Part shown: positions 58,201-64,000 of the stretch, one piece after another
How the letters are laid out: each line of letters begins with the position of its first letter
Numbering within the stretch: the stretch's first letter is position 1
Origin: a virus
IMG/VR virus record: IMGVR_UViG_3300046744_000381
Span: 32,001 to 96,000 of that record
DNA length: 64,000 nucleotides
Direction: 5' to 3' (one strand)
The notes under the pieces: model-generated
Database searches by the model: none
Told to the model about the DNA's origin: nothing
The model's input: the letters and a program-made list of their open reading frames with translations, nothing else
Translations under genes and position numbers: made by a program

Positions 58201-60056
58201 TTTACTCCTTCTCCAATAGCATAACTAAAAATTCTACAGCCTTTAAAATCACTTGAAGGATATGTTATTGTATCGGAAAAACTGTTACCATTGGTATCAC
58301 ATAAATCAAACAACGGTGCTTGATTAACACCTGTTTTTTCTTGTGCTACATTCCAAGTCGTACCGTTGTAGTAATACATCTTGCCAGCATTTCGGTTACC
58401 ATCTTTAACAAGCACAGTGTCATTTGTATCAGGAAAAGTATCAGTTGTTTCAACTAAACTAATTTGTCTATTACCTTTAAAATCAAAAAACTTAACTTGT
58501 AAAATTTTTCCATAGACAAAAGAATCTGTATCATTAATAAACATTACTCTCATACCGTCAGATAATTCAATGCCGTCAACACTATAACCGGGTTGTCCTT
58601 CTATTTTTGACTTAACATCATCGGTATAATTGTCTATCAAATCAATATTATTTTTTGCTTTTGTACCAAAGTTAAATAGTTTTAATCCTTGATCAAATTC
58701 AATAATAGGACGTTTTGCTCTGCTATCTTCTGGAAGATCAAATGATTGTCCGTTTAATGCTGCACTCTGTGTAATAACATCTTTATGAAACCATCTATTG
58801 TATCTAGCCCACGGATTTCTGTCTGGACTTGCTTTGTTTACTACTATATAATCTTTTGTTCCAGCAAAACTTTTTGCATCACTAAAAGGAACTCTATCAA
58901 AGCCATTGTTATCAAACGGTACTTTGCTATCAGAAGTAAATATAGCAGGTACTTGTAAATCTTCAGCTGCAACAAGTTTTATTTCATCGCCAACACCTTC
59001 TACATACCACAGCCCTTCAGAATATTTTGCAGGTGTAACTTGACCAATAAAGTATACTTTCATTCCGTTACTTAATGCCCATCCGTCCGATGTGGTATAA
59101 GTTTGCTTGCCAATTATTTCATTGTCTATATCAATTATACTATTAGCATCTATATCTGATATAATTATTCTACTACTAATATTCAAATCGTATTGACTTA
59201 CAAAATATAATGTATCAGGTGCATCATCAGGAATAGTAAATTCTAATATACCTTTTTCGATATAATCTTGTGCAACGAAATCATCTTGATTTAGTAGTAC
59301 ATCATCGGCGTCTGGTGACAGTGTTACACCTTGTGTGTAAGTTTGATTTAGTATAGAACTATCATCAAGTTTTTCGTTTGGATCTACTCCCCTATATAGA
59401 GCAATACTTAAAGGGTTACCCGGAGAATCTATTTCAAACCTATAAGTTTGTCCTCTATATAAATTTAAGTTTGGATTTTTTGTTAAACCATCTGGATGAA
59501 ATAATAAACTAATATCATTATCTTGTTCTAATACCTCGACCCTATATGTGCTAACAACGTCTTTACTTTGACCTCTGACTGCTACTTCTTGCGGTCCATT
59601 AGGCAACCAATAGTATTCTCGGAAGTTAGCAAACTTATCCAGATTAATATTTGGATTCCACGCATAATACTCTTGTTCATTAAGATTACTATGATTTTCT
59701 GTGTTTGCATTGTAAGTCTTAAGCAATCCCATATAGTCATTATAATCACTATAATATTTTGTAGAACCTAAAAAATCTTCGTATATACTGACAGGCTCAA
59801 ACTGATAATCGGTTCTTAATTTAGAAACATCTTCTAAATAATTATCTAAAATAGTTGCTGCTTTTGCTTCTCGTTTTCCAACAAACCCATTTATTTTTTC
59901 AATTACTCCAGGATTAGTCAACTGGTCTAATGTACTACTTAAAAACTTCTTATTTTGTGGAGTTCTAAAAAACCTAGGTAAATGTTCTACACTACTTCTT
60001 TTTTCATTTTTGCCTGCTGGTAACGGAAATTCGTTTTGATCATCATTATATGACAT
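46278..60056 (-). CDS. Giant (4592 aa) baseplate wedge/virion structural protein, in a gp7-like position
   Basis: Follows gp6. Contains NAGRGY/DGGTGW-type repeats, F-T-G-D-G repeats, W-x4-Y-xx-G-x-V modules and FG-GAP-like blades. Confidence 0.7.
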   Translation of the reverse strand: MSYNDDQNEFPLPAGKNEKRSSVEHLPRFFRTPQNKKFLSSTLDQLTNPGVIEKINGFVGKREAKAATILDNYLEDVSKLRTDYQFEPVSIYEDFLGSTKYYSDYNDYMGLLKTYNANTENHSNLNEQEYYAWNPNINLDKFANFREYYWLPNGPQEVAVRGQSKDVVSTYRVEVLEQDNDISLLFHPDGLTKNPNLNLYRGQTYRFEIDSPGNPLSIALYRGVDPNEKLDDSSILNQTYTQGVTLSPDADDVLLNQDDFVAQDYIEKGILEFTIPDDAPDTLYFVSQYDLNISSRIIISDIDANSIIDIDNEIIGKQTYTTSDGWALSNGMKVYFIGQVTPAKYSEGLWYVEGVGDEIKLVAAEDLQVPAIFTSDSKVPFDNNGFDRVPFSDAKSFAGTKDYIVVNKASPDRNPWARYNRWFHKDVITQSAALNGQSFDLPEDSRAKRPIIEFDQGLKLFNFGTKAKNNIDLIDNYTDDVKSKIEGQPGYSVDGIELSDGMRVMFINDTDSFVYGKILQVKFFDFKGNRQISLVETTDTFPDTNDTVLVKDGNRNAGKMYYYNGTTWNVAQEKTGVNQAPLFDLCDTNGNSFSDTITYPSSDFKGCRIFSYAIGEGVNDPELGFPLSYKNIANTGDILFDFSLLKDSFTYEVNNQVFQVATSTGFLKKFEHRGVDFNYVNGWVKAPSLSKQYVIRKYTGQERTNNFIVDVFKESALVADLKIIVYVNNIVKKQGVDFNFATDANNRINVQFFTDLNVDDILIIKAHSKTANKTSKGYYETAHNFERNPLNEDITQFTLGEVSDHVDSVAEEVPNFVGTQPGANNLRDLGNVKKYGRKFVQHSGPINLPLFTISNKENNLVAALNFAKNEYSKFKRAFVQEAENLNLDGSIKEQVDQVLLSLVKDKKSSMPFYHSDMTGIGANKKIEHKVLDPDIKFYALSNVFTLDTLSEKAVNVYVNGEQVCVNLDYVFTSEGFVQFTTEFNLVLNDMIEIYEYETTNGSYIPQTPTKLGLYPAYKPEVFSDTTYQEAQTAIRGHDGSIIIGYNDYRDNLLLELEKRFYNNIKVSYDKSIFDIWDYVSGEYRNSKVKVGDLNKILISDFVNWLTKAGNADYTDNSFVSETQTFTYNYGFGSNKNNLPLAGFWRGIYINAYDTDSPNLRPWEMLGLSVKPSWWESKYGPAPYTQNNLVLWNDLEKGIIRSSNLIRTDKRFIRPGLTKHIPVDQNGNVRSPLNSGYVNEFSFSVQNGQTFKFGDHTPTETAWRRSSEYPFALLKAIMINRPAQVLGVGFDRSRISRNLTGQLVYNGETSQRIKLSNLLCTNTQKDGEQILTAGFSNYIYDYMASDVTSQYENFTKKLKNLKHKIAFKLGGFGEKQKLKLVLDSKNPSNKGNVFVPFENYKIDLVQSSPLTTVTYSGVIIEKRTNGFKISGYDKENPVFTYSTPILSSNDIAINVGGISESFLYWTEDKQYIAGKIVRYENTYYRVNVNHTTTDQFDPSFYSPLRNLPIIGGATATLRKNFGNDTNTINYGAVLATAQEVVDFIQGYEDYLKKQGFVFDFFNRETEAVEDWTLSIKEFLFYTTQNWSVGTIITLSPCANSLTFGKDYFVIDNVKENIFGYKILNLDGTAVKDYSVNISRDTGNSVTILPNTADNAIYFCKLGLIQKDHSVIIDNKTVFNDTIYNPSSGYRQERIKVVGYRTDNWNGNLNIPGFIYDQANITEWEQWQDYALGDLVKYKEFYYSANIFISGDSVFDSSLWNRLDDRPESGLKANFDYKVNQFADFYDLDTDNFDTEQQRLAQHLIGYQKREYLDNIIEDDISQYKFYQGFIQEKGTLNSLTKFFDKLGSTDQESLEFYEEWAIRNAQYGATDTFDELEYKLDETKFRIEPQLIELVDAVDTNRTDLVYEIPESKVYIKPQNYTKNPFPYKYSTDEYSKTAGYVSLDQIDFLAKTPNDILELDIANVPIDNIIWVTSEKNSWNIYQHTLISNRVETYTKTTTGFDLKFDSIPDLAIGEIFGVQFIDDNIDGFYKINNISGTVVSVVADITFNEEFLDLNDSTTGIITKLLSKRYDTPSNVNADINKFGLNENNTIWIDNVANDKFGVFKNNKIFSGKQELFNIENGDGGYGSSFAVNDFNSIFAVGRPIDGKVYVYTRSSETQTLNFIQEIIVPTNLHNSASAFGQKIKFSGDGQFMFVAAPLASNVKTRYRGEAESSFNILKDDIVSDRGTLWRAKRATDDDSSSINTNSRDWEQVYKIPADDEGYASGLTNQGIVYVYKKNLDNSYYLLEQFVSNEPTGDEKFGIGLETAFTTDETYKLYVRSEGNNGRVYLYDTTYSIMEMRGTIDVTFRGDWDNFHSYVTGAIVQENGQLYKAKVDIPKGGNGPTDIALWESVDNNVDRFGYLPYSSTIQGDNDSTAFNNTNQAGKNIDVSTNGEVLTFTAFNTSTDEFQVNVYRLQEGRYAFYEAITTPNTDILWGTSVALSDDGNYIAVGANSADIETNTDTGIDKGLVYIYKYNSSSLAFENTQTLQAPASSKNERFGYKVEFSNNKLCVIGINGLNIGGTQFDSNATSFDNNSTKLYDFSSRRPQAYTYELLNEIYTVSEVIDYESYYIDNGLTLQRDLSTADDVEILYQNNHLYLGFEGLDTGDSKFGLIFDLRHDKDITNWNTLGEATDFINYDKMRGAFLYDSVTSDLITYIDLIDPIQGKIANAAEREINYKLYYDPAVYNIGNTNTGVVNPWGEERVGELLWDLNAVKWYNPYQKNADYSSNVWNKIIPGYSIDIYEWVSSTLLPDEWDAIADTTEGLADGVSGVSRYGNQRYVRKNVYDPITGLFSAKYYYWVKNSKVLPTITNRTITANAVASLIEDPAANGYRFLGMFGRNNFAIYNCTNLVKDTDTVLHFEYYNTEEVKINNIHREYNLLTEGLATSQPNDRVVSKWIDSLVGYDKQRTLLPVTTLSPARRYGILDDPLQTMFVNRTEALKQVIERINLVLSKKLIVDEFDISGLSSKDPQPTNVSREYDTVVENETLLRFIGTSKLDQAQLSVDIVDGRLTKVTITNAGRGYIDPAFNSATDTKRRGPKVTITGSGIGAEIETVINNLGQVIEANIINEGKNYNSTTTTVTVRPFTALITTDTTLLGFWATYIWNSTEKEWIRINNQSYDASLYWKYIDWYAEGYSKETNIDYLVPGSYALGGLKDNLGDIIKIETIGSGGWLLLKKIDNQLEVDYTVNYETIGRQNGTIEFSRLLFNNERFGFDKAVYDSALYDRDAGEEVRIILNTINQTIFVDELKVEWNKLFFSSVRYALAEQPTIDWIFKTAFIKAKHNVGGLDQKTTYKSDSLESYNDYVNEVKPYSTKIREFVSAYENIDPTQTNVTDFDLPPRYDLNAEKIVSETAQVLDSQIRNYSEFVTTYPQKNWFDNVGFEVKEVVLTDGGTGWTNAPRLVMSGGGGPTVIGSTTINEGKVTGIVIDFANLKYITAPTLTFEGDQEDYSTAKPARATAIIGNSPVRSTHMLIKFDRITGSYFVTDLDVTQTFTGTGSQIDFILKWPIDVRPSKITVTVDGVEQLATDYSISNILDKTVTYPRYYGVVSFANAPSNNKTIVIEYDKDVNYLSASDRINFYYNPTTGQFGKELSQLMDGVDYGGVQIDTASFGASQGFNNGDLFGSTPFDRFSGNLEDEVFVLDGSTGSITVSVPFEAGVKYNVYYKAATAGINDNPVRIDSEAYGTSEAPEDSIMLTITGDGITSTFILDEDQLVTRDGDTIIVRKETSDGAVTPSGVIFDTQINGGDLTNVAGQFSTATGIDAGNIVIDGDDFVSPTTSKGTEEQVPGQILDTLDLQVYERVNDGQGVITVQNFRTDGGSAEYYLENLPATQDSVIVKLDNVVLDPAQYEIDYSEKLLRISDSSLLPVGKHLSFLTIGTNGSNIIESDTFTGDGNTANFVTFYKFEQNVTAVVSVNGVISTSFGLDASGPEYGDNANKVMLVFGEVPPANSIITYTLYKGTGKQYSQLAIDDTFDRTVSTQRSHTFGSNGAVPLPFNKKPISHNILVKVGDKFLDAGYVKKHTMTVDRAYEIDNWQLLDQTKISQLDILVYINDQLVDPINYIYSTTNGRIEFTTREIGKSGDILRVYLIDNAEYFFVDTVIKLSNAGTLVDYAPLDQINFTLNDSTNVIGTVQEYTKTGQEVTIKLQGYVRDLIALAAKDDTPSLYFDDSTDFKIDSIRVVDSERLSLKDIPTQDVKIYVFSNHDTNEFERLSLRVSYEDTNAAEGSANYLTRNLLSRGEIKLDKKIPGPEYAWVFLNGKFLTSQADYTLSDNRQSIILSERPIKNDRIEILYFTADVSKQKFAYRIFKDVLNRYHYKRINSGMEYDLAVDLNWYDLSINLKSSDGLDEPNKELAIPGIIFINGERIEYFVKQGNVLRQLRRGTLGTGVKDVHSANSRVFHQGVSETIPYQDTTYTQLFTGDGAAKTFNLNWTPTSVNEFDVFVAGTRLRKATPIDPNNSTADTNYYQYNEALDQDSPGGDVVVPAEFTVENNILTLVTAPLADTEIRIIRKTGKIWNDDGISLASSKNTISRFLTDSTYKLAR

Positions 60057-63000
60057 TAGTAGTTTACGCCTCCGGTAGAAGTTACATCAGAGCTTTGTAC
60101 TCCAACATTCAATATGTCATCGCTGGTTACAACTAACCCCGATGCTTTAAGTCTTGATTGCGTAATCGCATCAATTATTTCTACATCATCCACTGATGCA
60201 CTGCTTATTAGTATTTCGTCATTTTCGCTTTTAATTTCGTACAAGCTACCAAAACTTTGTGTTTCTTGTTTTGGTACTAAAACAACACTAACAATATCCG
60301 GTGCTGATTGATTTATAATATATGTTGCTAATTCGCTAAAATAAAATGTTTCGCCAAAGTCCCAGTTTTCTAATGCAAAGAAAGCATTAACCGAATCTAT
60401 AACACGACTTTTTACATCATTATCATTTACTACTCGGTCACTATTTTTGACTACTTTAATTGTTGCTTGTAAATCCACGTCACTTTTACTGCCCAAAATA
60501 GGTTTATATTTTACAGGATGATAAATTACATCATCACTTATACTTTTAATTGCTTGTACACTAGAGTTATAGTCTAAATACAAATTATCACTGCTAGGCG
60601 GCAAGGGTTTAGTTTGTGTGTTGCCTTTTATATAATCTCTATATTCGTTATCATAACTTTTTGTAAGCAAATATACATCAATAATATTACTACTACTAGG
60701 ATCTATTCTAGCTTGTTCATCAGCAGCGTGTGAATATTCAAATTTAATATCAGTCCTACCAAAATATGCAAGATAATCAGATGTAAACTCTAATGCGTTT
60801 GCAGTTTGATTGTATTTTAAAAATACGTCTCTATCAATTAAGTAAAATACGTCACCATTGTTATACTGACTTAATGCGCCAACTGCGCCCTGACTAGTTT
60901 TTGTATATATAGGCTCTTTATCTGCATCAATATAATTAAATGTTTCAGTTTTATTTACTGTTGTCTTTTTTTGGTAAATGTATTTTGTATTACTGTTAGT
61001 CTCGGGTGCAACAATATGTTCAAATAAATCTGGATCATCAACAACACCATCATTGTCAGTATCAAAAAAACTTATTTCTATCTTTTTGCTATTAATATAC
61101 CCTGCATCATTTTTATACTCTTTAGTAATTTGCCAAGGCCAATCCACAGTAAACGGATTAAGTGCATCAGGTTTTGTATTGATACTCAAAACCTTTATAA
61201 CATCCGAAACTATTGTGCCTGACTTACTGTCATATATTTTATTAGTGCTATCAAAAAAGAACCGTATTTGATCGTTGCTTTCAAATACATATCTGCGTCC
61301 TCTAGCAGTGACAGTATATTTTTGCCCATCTGTTTCAAATAATAATAGCCAACTGTTATCACTTTGTGTGTTTGTACTATCGCCAGTTTTTCCTAATCCA
61401 AATTCTGTACGTGTGTCAAGATTATTAGAAATAATTACACGCCACTGACTATTTTCAAAATCATATCTCAAACCAAATGTTTTAAAAGCAAAAGCTTGAT
61501 CTATAATTTGTGTTTTAACTGCATCAGTTATACTTGTATCAAGCACTGGAATAATTTCAGCTAGGACTGCATTTTGCGGTATTTTATCATTTAAAACAAT
61601 CGGGCCCAATCCTGTATCAGCATTTACTACTGTGCCATTATCTTCTACGCTAATAACCTTTACCCATTTATAAGTCGACGAGCCGGAAGTCGTTGCACTA
61701 CCTAAAGCAAGATCTCCGGTTGATGAAAAATAATAATTATTAGGAGCATCAAATTTTATCAACGCACCCGGAGTGACATATCTCATAATACTTTTTGTAA
61801 AACTAGAAACAGCTATAGGAGTACTATTAATTGTATCTATAAAATATCCAGTCGATCTATTAGTATCAAAAGTGGTAAAATTCCAAGAAAAATTTAAATT
61901 CTTTACACTTGTATTTCTTGGAAAGTTTTTGTAATAAAAGTTTAATAATTTTGTATCTTTTATTGCTGGTATAATTATATTGTTTATTGATGATTCTATA
62001 TCATTCCTAGTTACAAAATCAAAACTATATTTAGAATCTAAATTTTCAGTAAAAAGTATTCCGTCATCGCTGTAAAGCAAAGTATTGCTGTACTTGCCGC
62101 TTGCATCTCTTAAATCAAAATATCTACTGATTCCGCTACTAGTTCTGTTTACAGCTTTTGTTTTTATGATATTTTGATTTATACCTAGTGTTCCTATATT
62201 GTAATCTTCGCCTGTGATTAATCTATTTTGTGTGTAATAGGTACTAGGTGCATTTGTTTTAATTGAAGAATTACTTTCTGCAGCCGCACTGTTATCAATA
62301 ACAGTTTTTAGCTCCATTGTTAACGAAAGAGTTTCTACTTTACCGGCTTTACTTGTATAAGGCACAGTAATTGTTATGCCAGTCATATCACTAGGTACAA
62401 TCTTAAATTGTCTAGCATTACTTGTTCTGTAATAAACTTTAAATTTACCTTTAGGTAATGTACCAAACGTGCCATCACTAAAAATTAAACTAATTCTGTC
62501 TTGCACTCGGCTTAATACACCGTAAATATCTCGCACTTTTTTATTAATACTATTGTAGATAATATTGTTTCCTTCAATATTATCGACCTTGGTCCACAAT
62601 TTATTTTCTAAATTATTACTATCTAATTGATACAACCAAACATCACTGTTGTTTATATTGTCTGTATCAATGTTAATTGTAGTATTTGGAGTAGGGTTGT
62701 CAACAGTCACAACATTATTTTCTAATCTACCTTGTCTAAAATGTAAAAAGAATCCGCTGTTGTTAGAACCTGCTCCTTGACCGTCATCTCTGTATAAAAA
62801 TGCTAGTCTGTTACCTGCCAACGGTTCTTCTTCGTAAATTTTTTCTGCATCTATATCAGTGCTAACAATTTCAAATTGTGTTGTTATGCTATCTACATTT
62901 TTTGTAAAACTGTAAATAGGCAATCCACTATTGCTTATTGAATTTAATCTATATTGTTCTGTTAGAACACTATCGATAGTTTCTTTTTTAATACTTTTAC

Positions 63001-63511
63001 CAAACTTATTATCAGCTGGCAATGCAGAATTCAATATTTTTACAAATTGTTCATACCAGTCTGCATTTGTACTATCATTCCATATTACTGTTTGTCCGCT
63101 TAGATTAGTGCCGTTGCTGTCAATAACATCTTCTGTAGTGCTTATACTGTCAAACTTTAATAATCCGTTAGCTGTTTGATTTCTTTTAACATTATAACTT
63201 ACTAATCTTGCTAGACGTAGAACACTTTCTCTGCGTTCTGCTGTTTCTATGTAGTTCTCACGTGCATTTAAATCTGCACGGAATGCAATATTTTGTCCAA
63301 GGAAAGCAATTAGATCAATTAGTGCAAGGTATTCACTACTTTCAATATAGTCATTGAAATCCTCTGGGTAGTTTTGCCTAATATAGTTTATCATTGTACG
63401 GCGAAGATTATCAAAGTCGTAACTTTGAAAATCGGCATACTTAAAACTTTGATAAACTGTCTTCCAATCTTCTGCTAAAAGAAGTCTATTTTGACGTTCT
63501 GTACTTGACAT
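60056..63511 (-). CDS. gp6: Baseplate wedge subunit gp6-like (enlarged, 1151 aa)
   Basis: DFDNLR...DFNDYIESS...ENYIETAERRESVLRLA..VSY; FSDGTFG.LP; SIKTNAP..YYTQNR.ITGEDY. Confidence 0.85.
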   Translation of the reverse strand: MSSTERQNRLLLAEDWKTVYQSFKYADFQSYDFDNLRRTMINYIRQNYPEDFNDYIESSEYLALIDLIAFLGQNIAFRADLNARENYIETAERRESVLRLARLVSYNVKRNQTANGLLKFDSISTTEDVIDSNGTNLSGQTVIWNDSTNADWYEQFVKILNSALPADNKFGKSIKKETIDSVLTEQYRLNSISNSGLPIYSFTKNVDSITTQFEIVSTDIDAEKIYEEEPLAGNRLAFLYRDDGQGAGSNNSGFFLHFRQGRLENNVVTVDNPTPNTTINIDTDNINNSDVWLYQLDSNNLENKLWTKVDNIEGNNIIYNSINKKVRDIYGVLSRVQDRISLIFSDGTFGTLPKGKFKVYYRTSNARQFKIVPSDMTGITITVPYTSKAGKVETLSLTMELKTVIDNSAAAESNSSIKTNAPSTYYTQNRLITGEDYNIGTLGINQNIIKTKAVNRTSSGISRYFDLRDASGKYSNTLLYSDDGILFTENLDSKYSFDFVTRNDIESSINNIIIPAIKDTKLLNFYYKNFPRNTSVKNLNFSWNFTTFDTNRSTGYFIDTINSTPIAVSSFTKSIMRYVTPGALIKFDAPNNYYFSSTGDLALGSATTSGSSTYKWVKVISVEDNGTVVNADTGLGPIVLNDKIPQNAVLAEIIPVLDTSITDAVKTQIIDQAFAFKTFGLRYDFENSQWRVIISNNLDTRTEFGLGKTGDSTNTQSDNSWLLLFETDGQKYTVTARGRRYVFESNDQIRFFFDSTNKIYDSKSGTIVSDVIKVLSINTKPDALNPFTVDWPWQITKEYKNDAGYINSKKIEISFFDTDNDGVVDDPDLFEHIVAPETNSNTKYIYQKKTTVNKTETFNYIDADKEPIYTKTSQGAVGALSQYNNGDVFYLIDRDVFLKYNQTANALEFTSDYLAYFGRTDIKFEYSHAADEQARIDPSSSNIIDVYLLTKSYDNEYRDYIKGNTQTKPLPPSSDNLYLDYNSSVQAIKSISDDVIYHPVKYKPILGSKSDVDLQATIKVVKNSDRVVNDNDVKSRVIDSVNAFFALENWDFGETFYFSELATYIINQSAPDIVSVVLVPKQETQSFGSLYEIKSENDEILISSASVDDVEIIDAITQSRLKASGLVVTSDDILNVGVQSSDVTSTGGVNY

Positions 63512-63534
63512 TTGCCATTCCTTTACTTATATAA

Positions 63535-63565
63535 TATTTAGCTGAAAAATAAAGTACGCACTTTA
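63535..63565 (-). promoter_or_regulatory. Late-like promoter CTAAATA preceded by the near-palindrome TAAAGTGCGTACTTTA
   Basis: TATTTAG 63535-63541 and TAAAGTACGCACTTTA 63550-63565 on +. Confidence 0.55.
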
Positions 63566-64000
63566 AATGAGACCTGCAGATTCATCAAAAGTTAAACGCA
63601 AACTTTCAGATATATTGTATGGCAAATATGTTAACGCACACTCAATTTGAATGCCACTTTCAAATGTTTGTATAGTTACATTATCAACACTTACTCTTGG
63701 ATCGTAATTTATAATATCTGTAACATTTTTTATTATTGCTTCTTTTAAAGAATCAGTTAACGGTTCAAAAAGCACATCCCATATAATTGTTCCAAACTCT
63801 GGATTTTCAAGTTTTTCGCCTTGACGAATGTGAAAATGATTTATTATATCTTGTTTTATAAGTGCAAGATCGTATTTTACAAAATTATTTGTTTTGTTAT
63901 TTACTGTGCTAATACCTCTATATTTTTTACTAGTCACAGGAACATTTGTAGATTCTGCACCTACTGTAATATTTTTATAAAGAGATTTTTCGTTTACTGA
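63563..64000 (-). CDS. gp25: Baseplate wedge protein gp25 (lysozyme-like fold), 5' end outside the window
   Basis: DLALIKQDIINHFHIRQGEKLENPEFGTIIWDVLFEP...YDPRV. The frame stays open from 63937 to the window edge (SVNEKSLYKNITV...). Confidence 0.9.
   Translation of the reverse strand, partial: SVNEKSLYKNITVGAESTNVPVTSKKYRGISTVNNKTNNFVKYDLALIKQDIINHFHIRQGEKLENPEFGTIIWDVLFEPLTDSLKEAIIKNVTDIINYDPRVSVDNVTIQTFESGIQIECALTYLPYNISESLRLTFDESAGLI

Noticed and set aside
46278-60056. Intein, intron or diversity-generating retroelement explaining the giant ORF
   Set aside because: I saw no intein splice motifs, LAGLIDADG/HNH domain, reverse transcriptase or adenine-variant repeat pair.
1-64000. Stop-codon reassignment or selenocysteine read-through
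   Set aside because: Standard-code ORFs tile the window with tight overlaps, TAA, TAG and TGA all end genes, and no domain appears split at a stop.
1-64000. tRNA, rRNA or intrinsic terminators
   Set aside because: Intergenic gaps are under about 70 nt, and I saw no cloverleaf or GC-rich hairpin followed by a U-tract.

Overview
AT-rich, gene-dense, almost entirely minus-strand segment of a large T4-like (probably jumbo) myophage genome. The right part (~37.8-64 kb) is a baseplate/tail module: gp25, an enlarged gp6, a 4592-aa baseplate/structural protein, three paralogous fibre proteins (one with a tail-collar domain) and two paralogous virion proteins. Directly downstream (1-37.8 kb, still running at the left edge) is an unusually large enzyme island. 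It holds 10 radical-SAM/SPASM-twitch enzymes (6 with the twitch domain at the N-terminus), about 8 Fe(II)/2OG-type oxygenases plus one degenerate copy, 3 short SDRs, 2 Cys-rich nitroreductase-fold proteins, a QueC-like PP-loop ATPase, a SET-domain methyltransferase, 2 GNAT-like proteins, a PLP enzyme, a sulfotransferase-like protein, 2 SGNH-like proteins, a UDP-sugar dehydrogenase, a class I methyltransferase and about 6 glycosyltransferase-like proteins. My best inference is a phage-encoded pathway for building and tailoring a glycan or other post-translational decoration, most plausibly on the neighbouring virion proteins, which carry recurrent [D/N]-D-S-[S/T] motifs. Four near-consensus sigma70 promoters and many T4-late-like TAAATA boxes are visible, several positioned to give leaderless mRNAs. 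I found no tRNA, rRNA, CRISPR array or mobile element. All functional calls come from reading motifs by eye; no searches were run.
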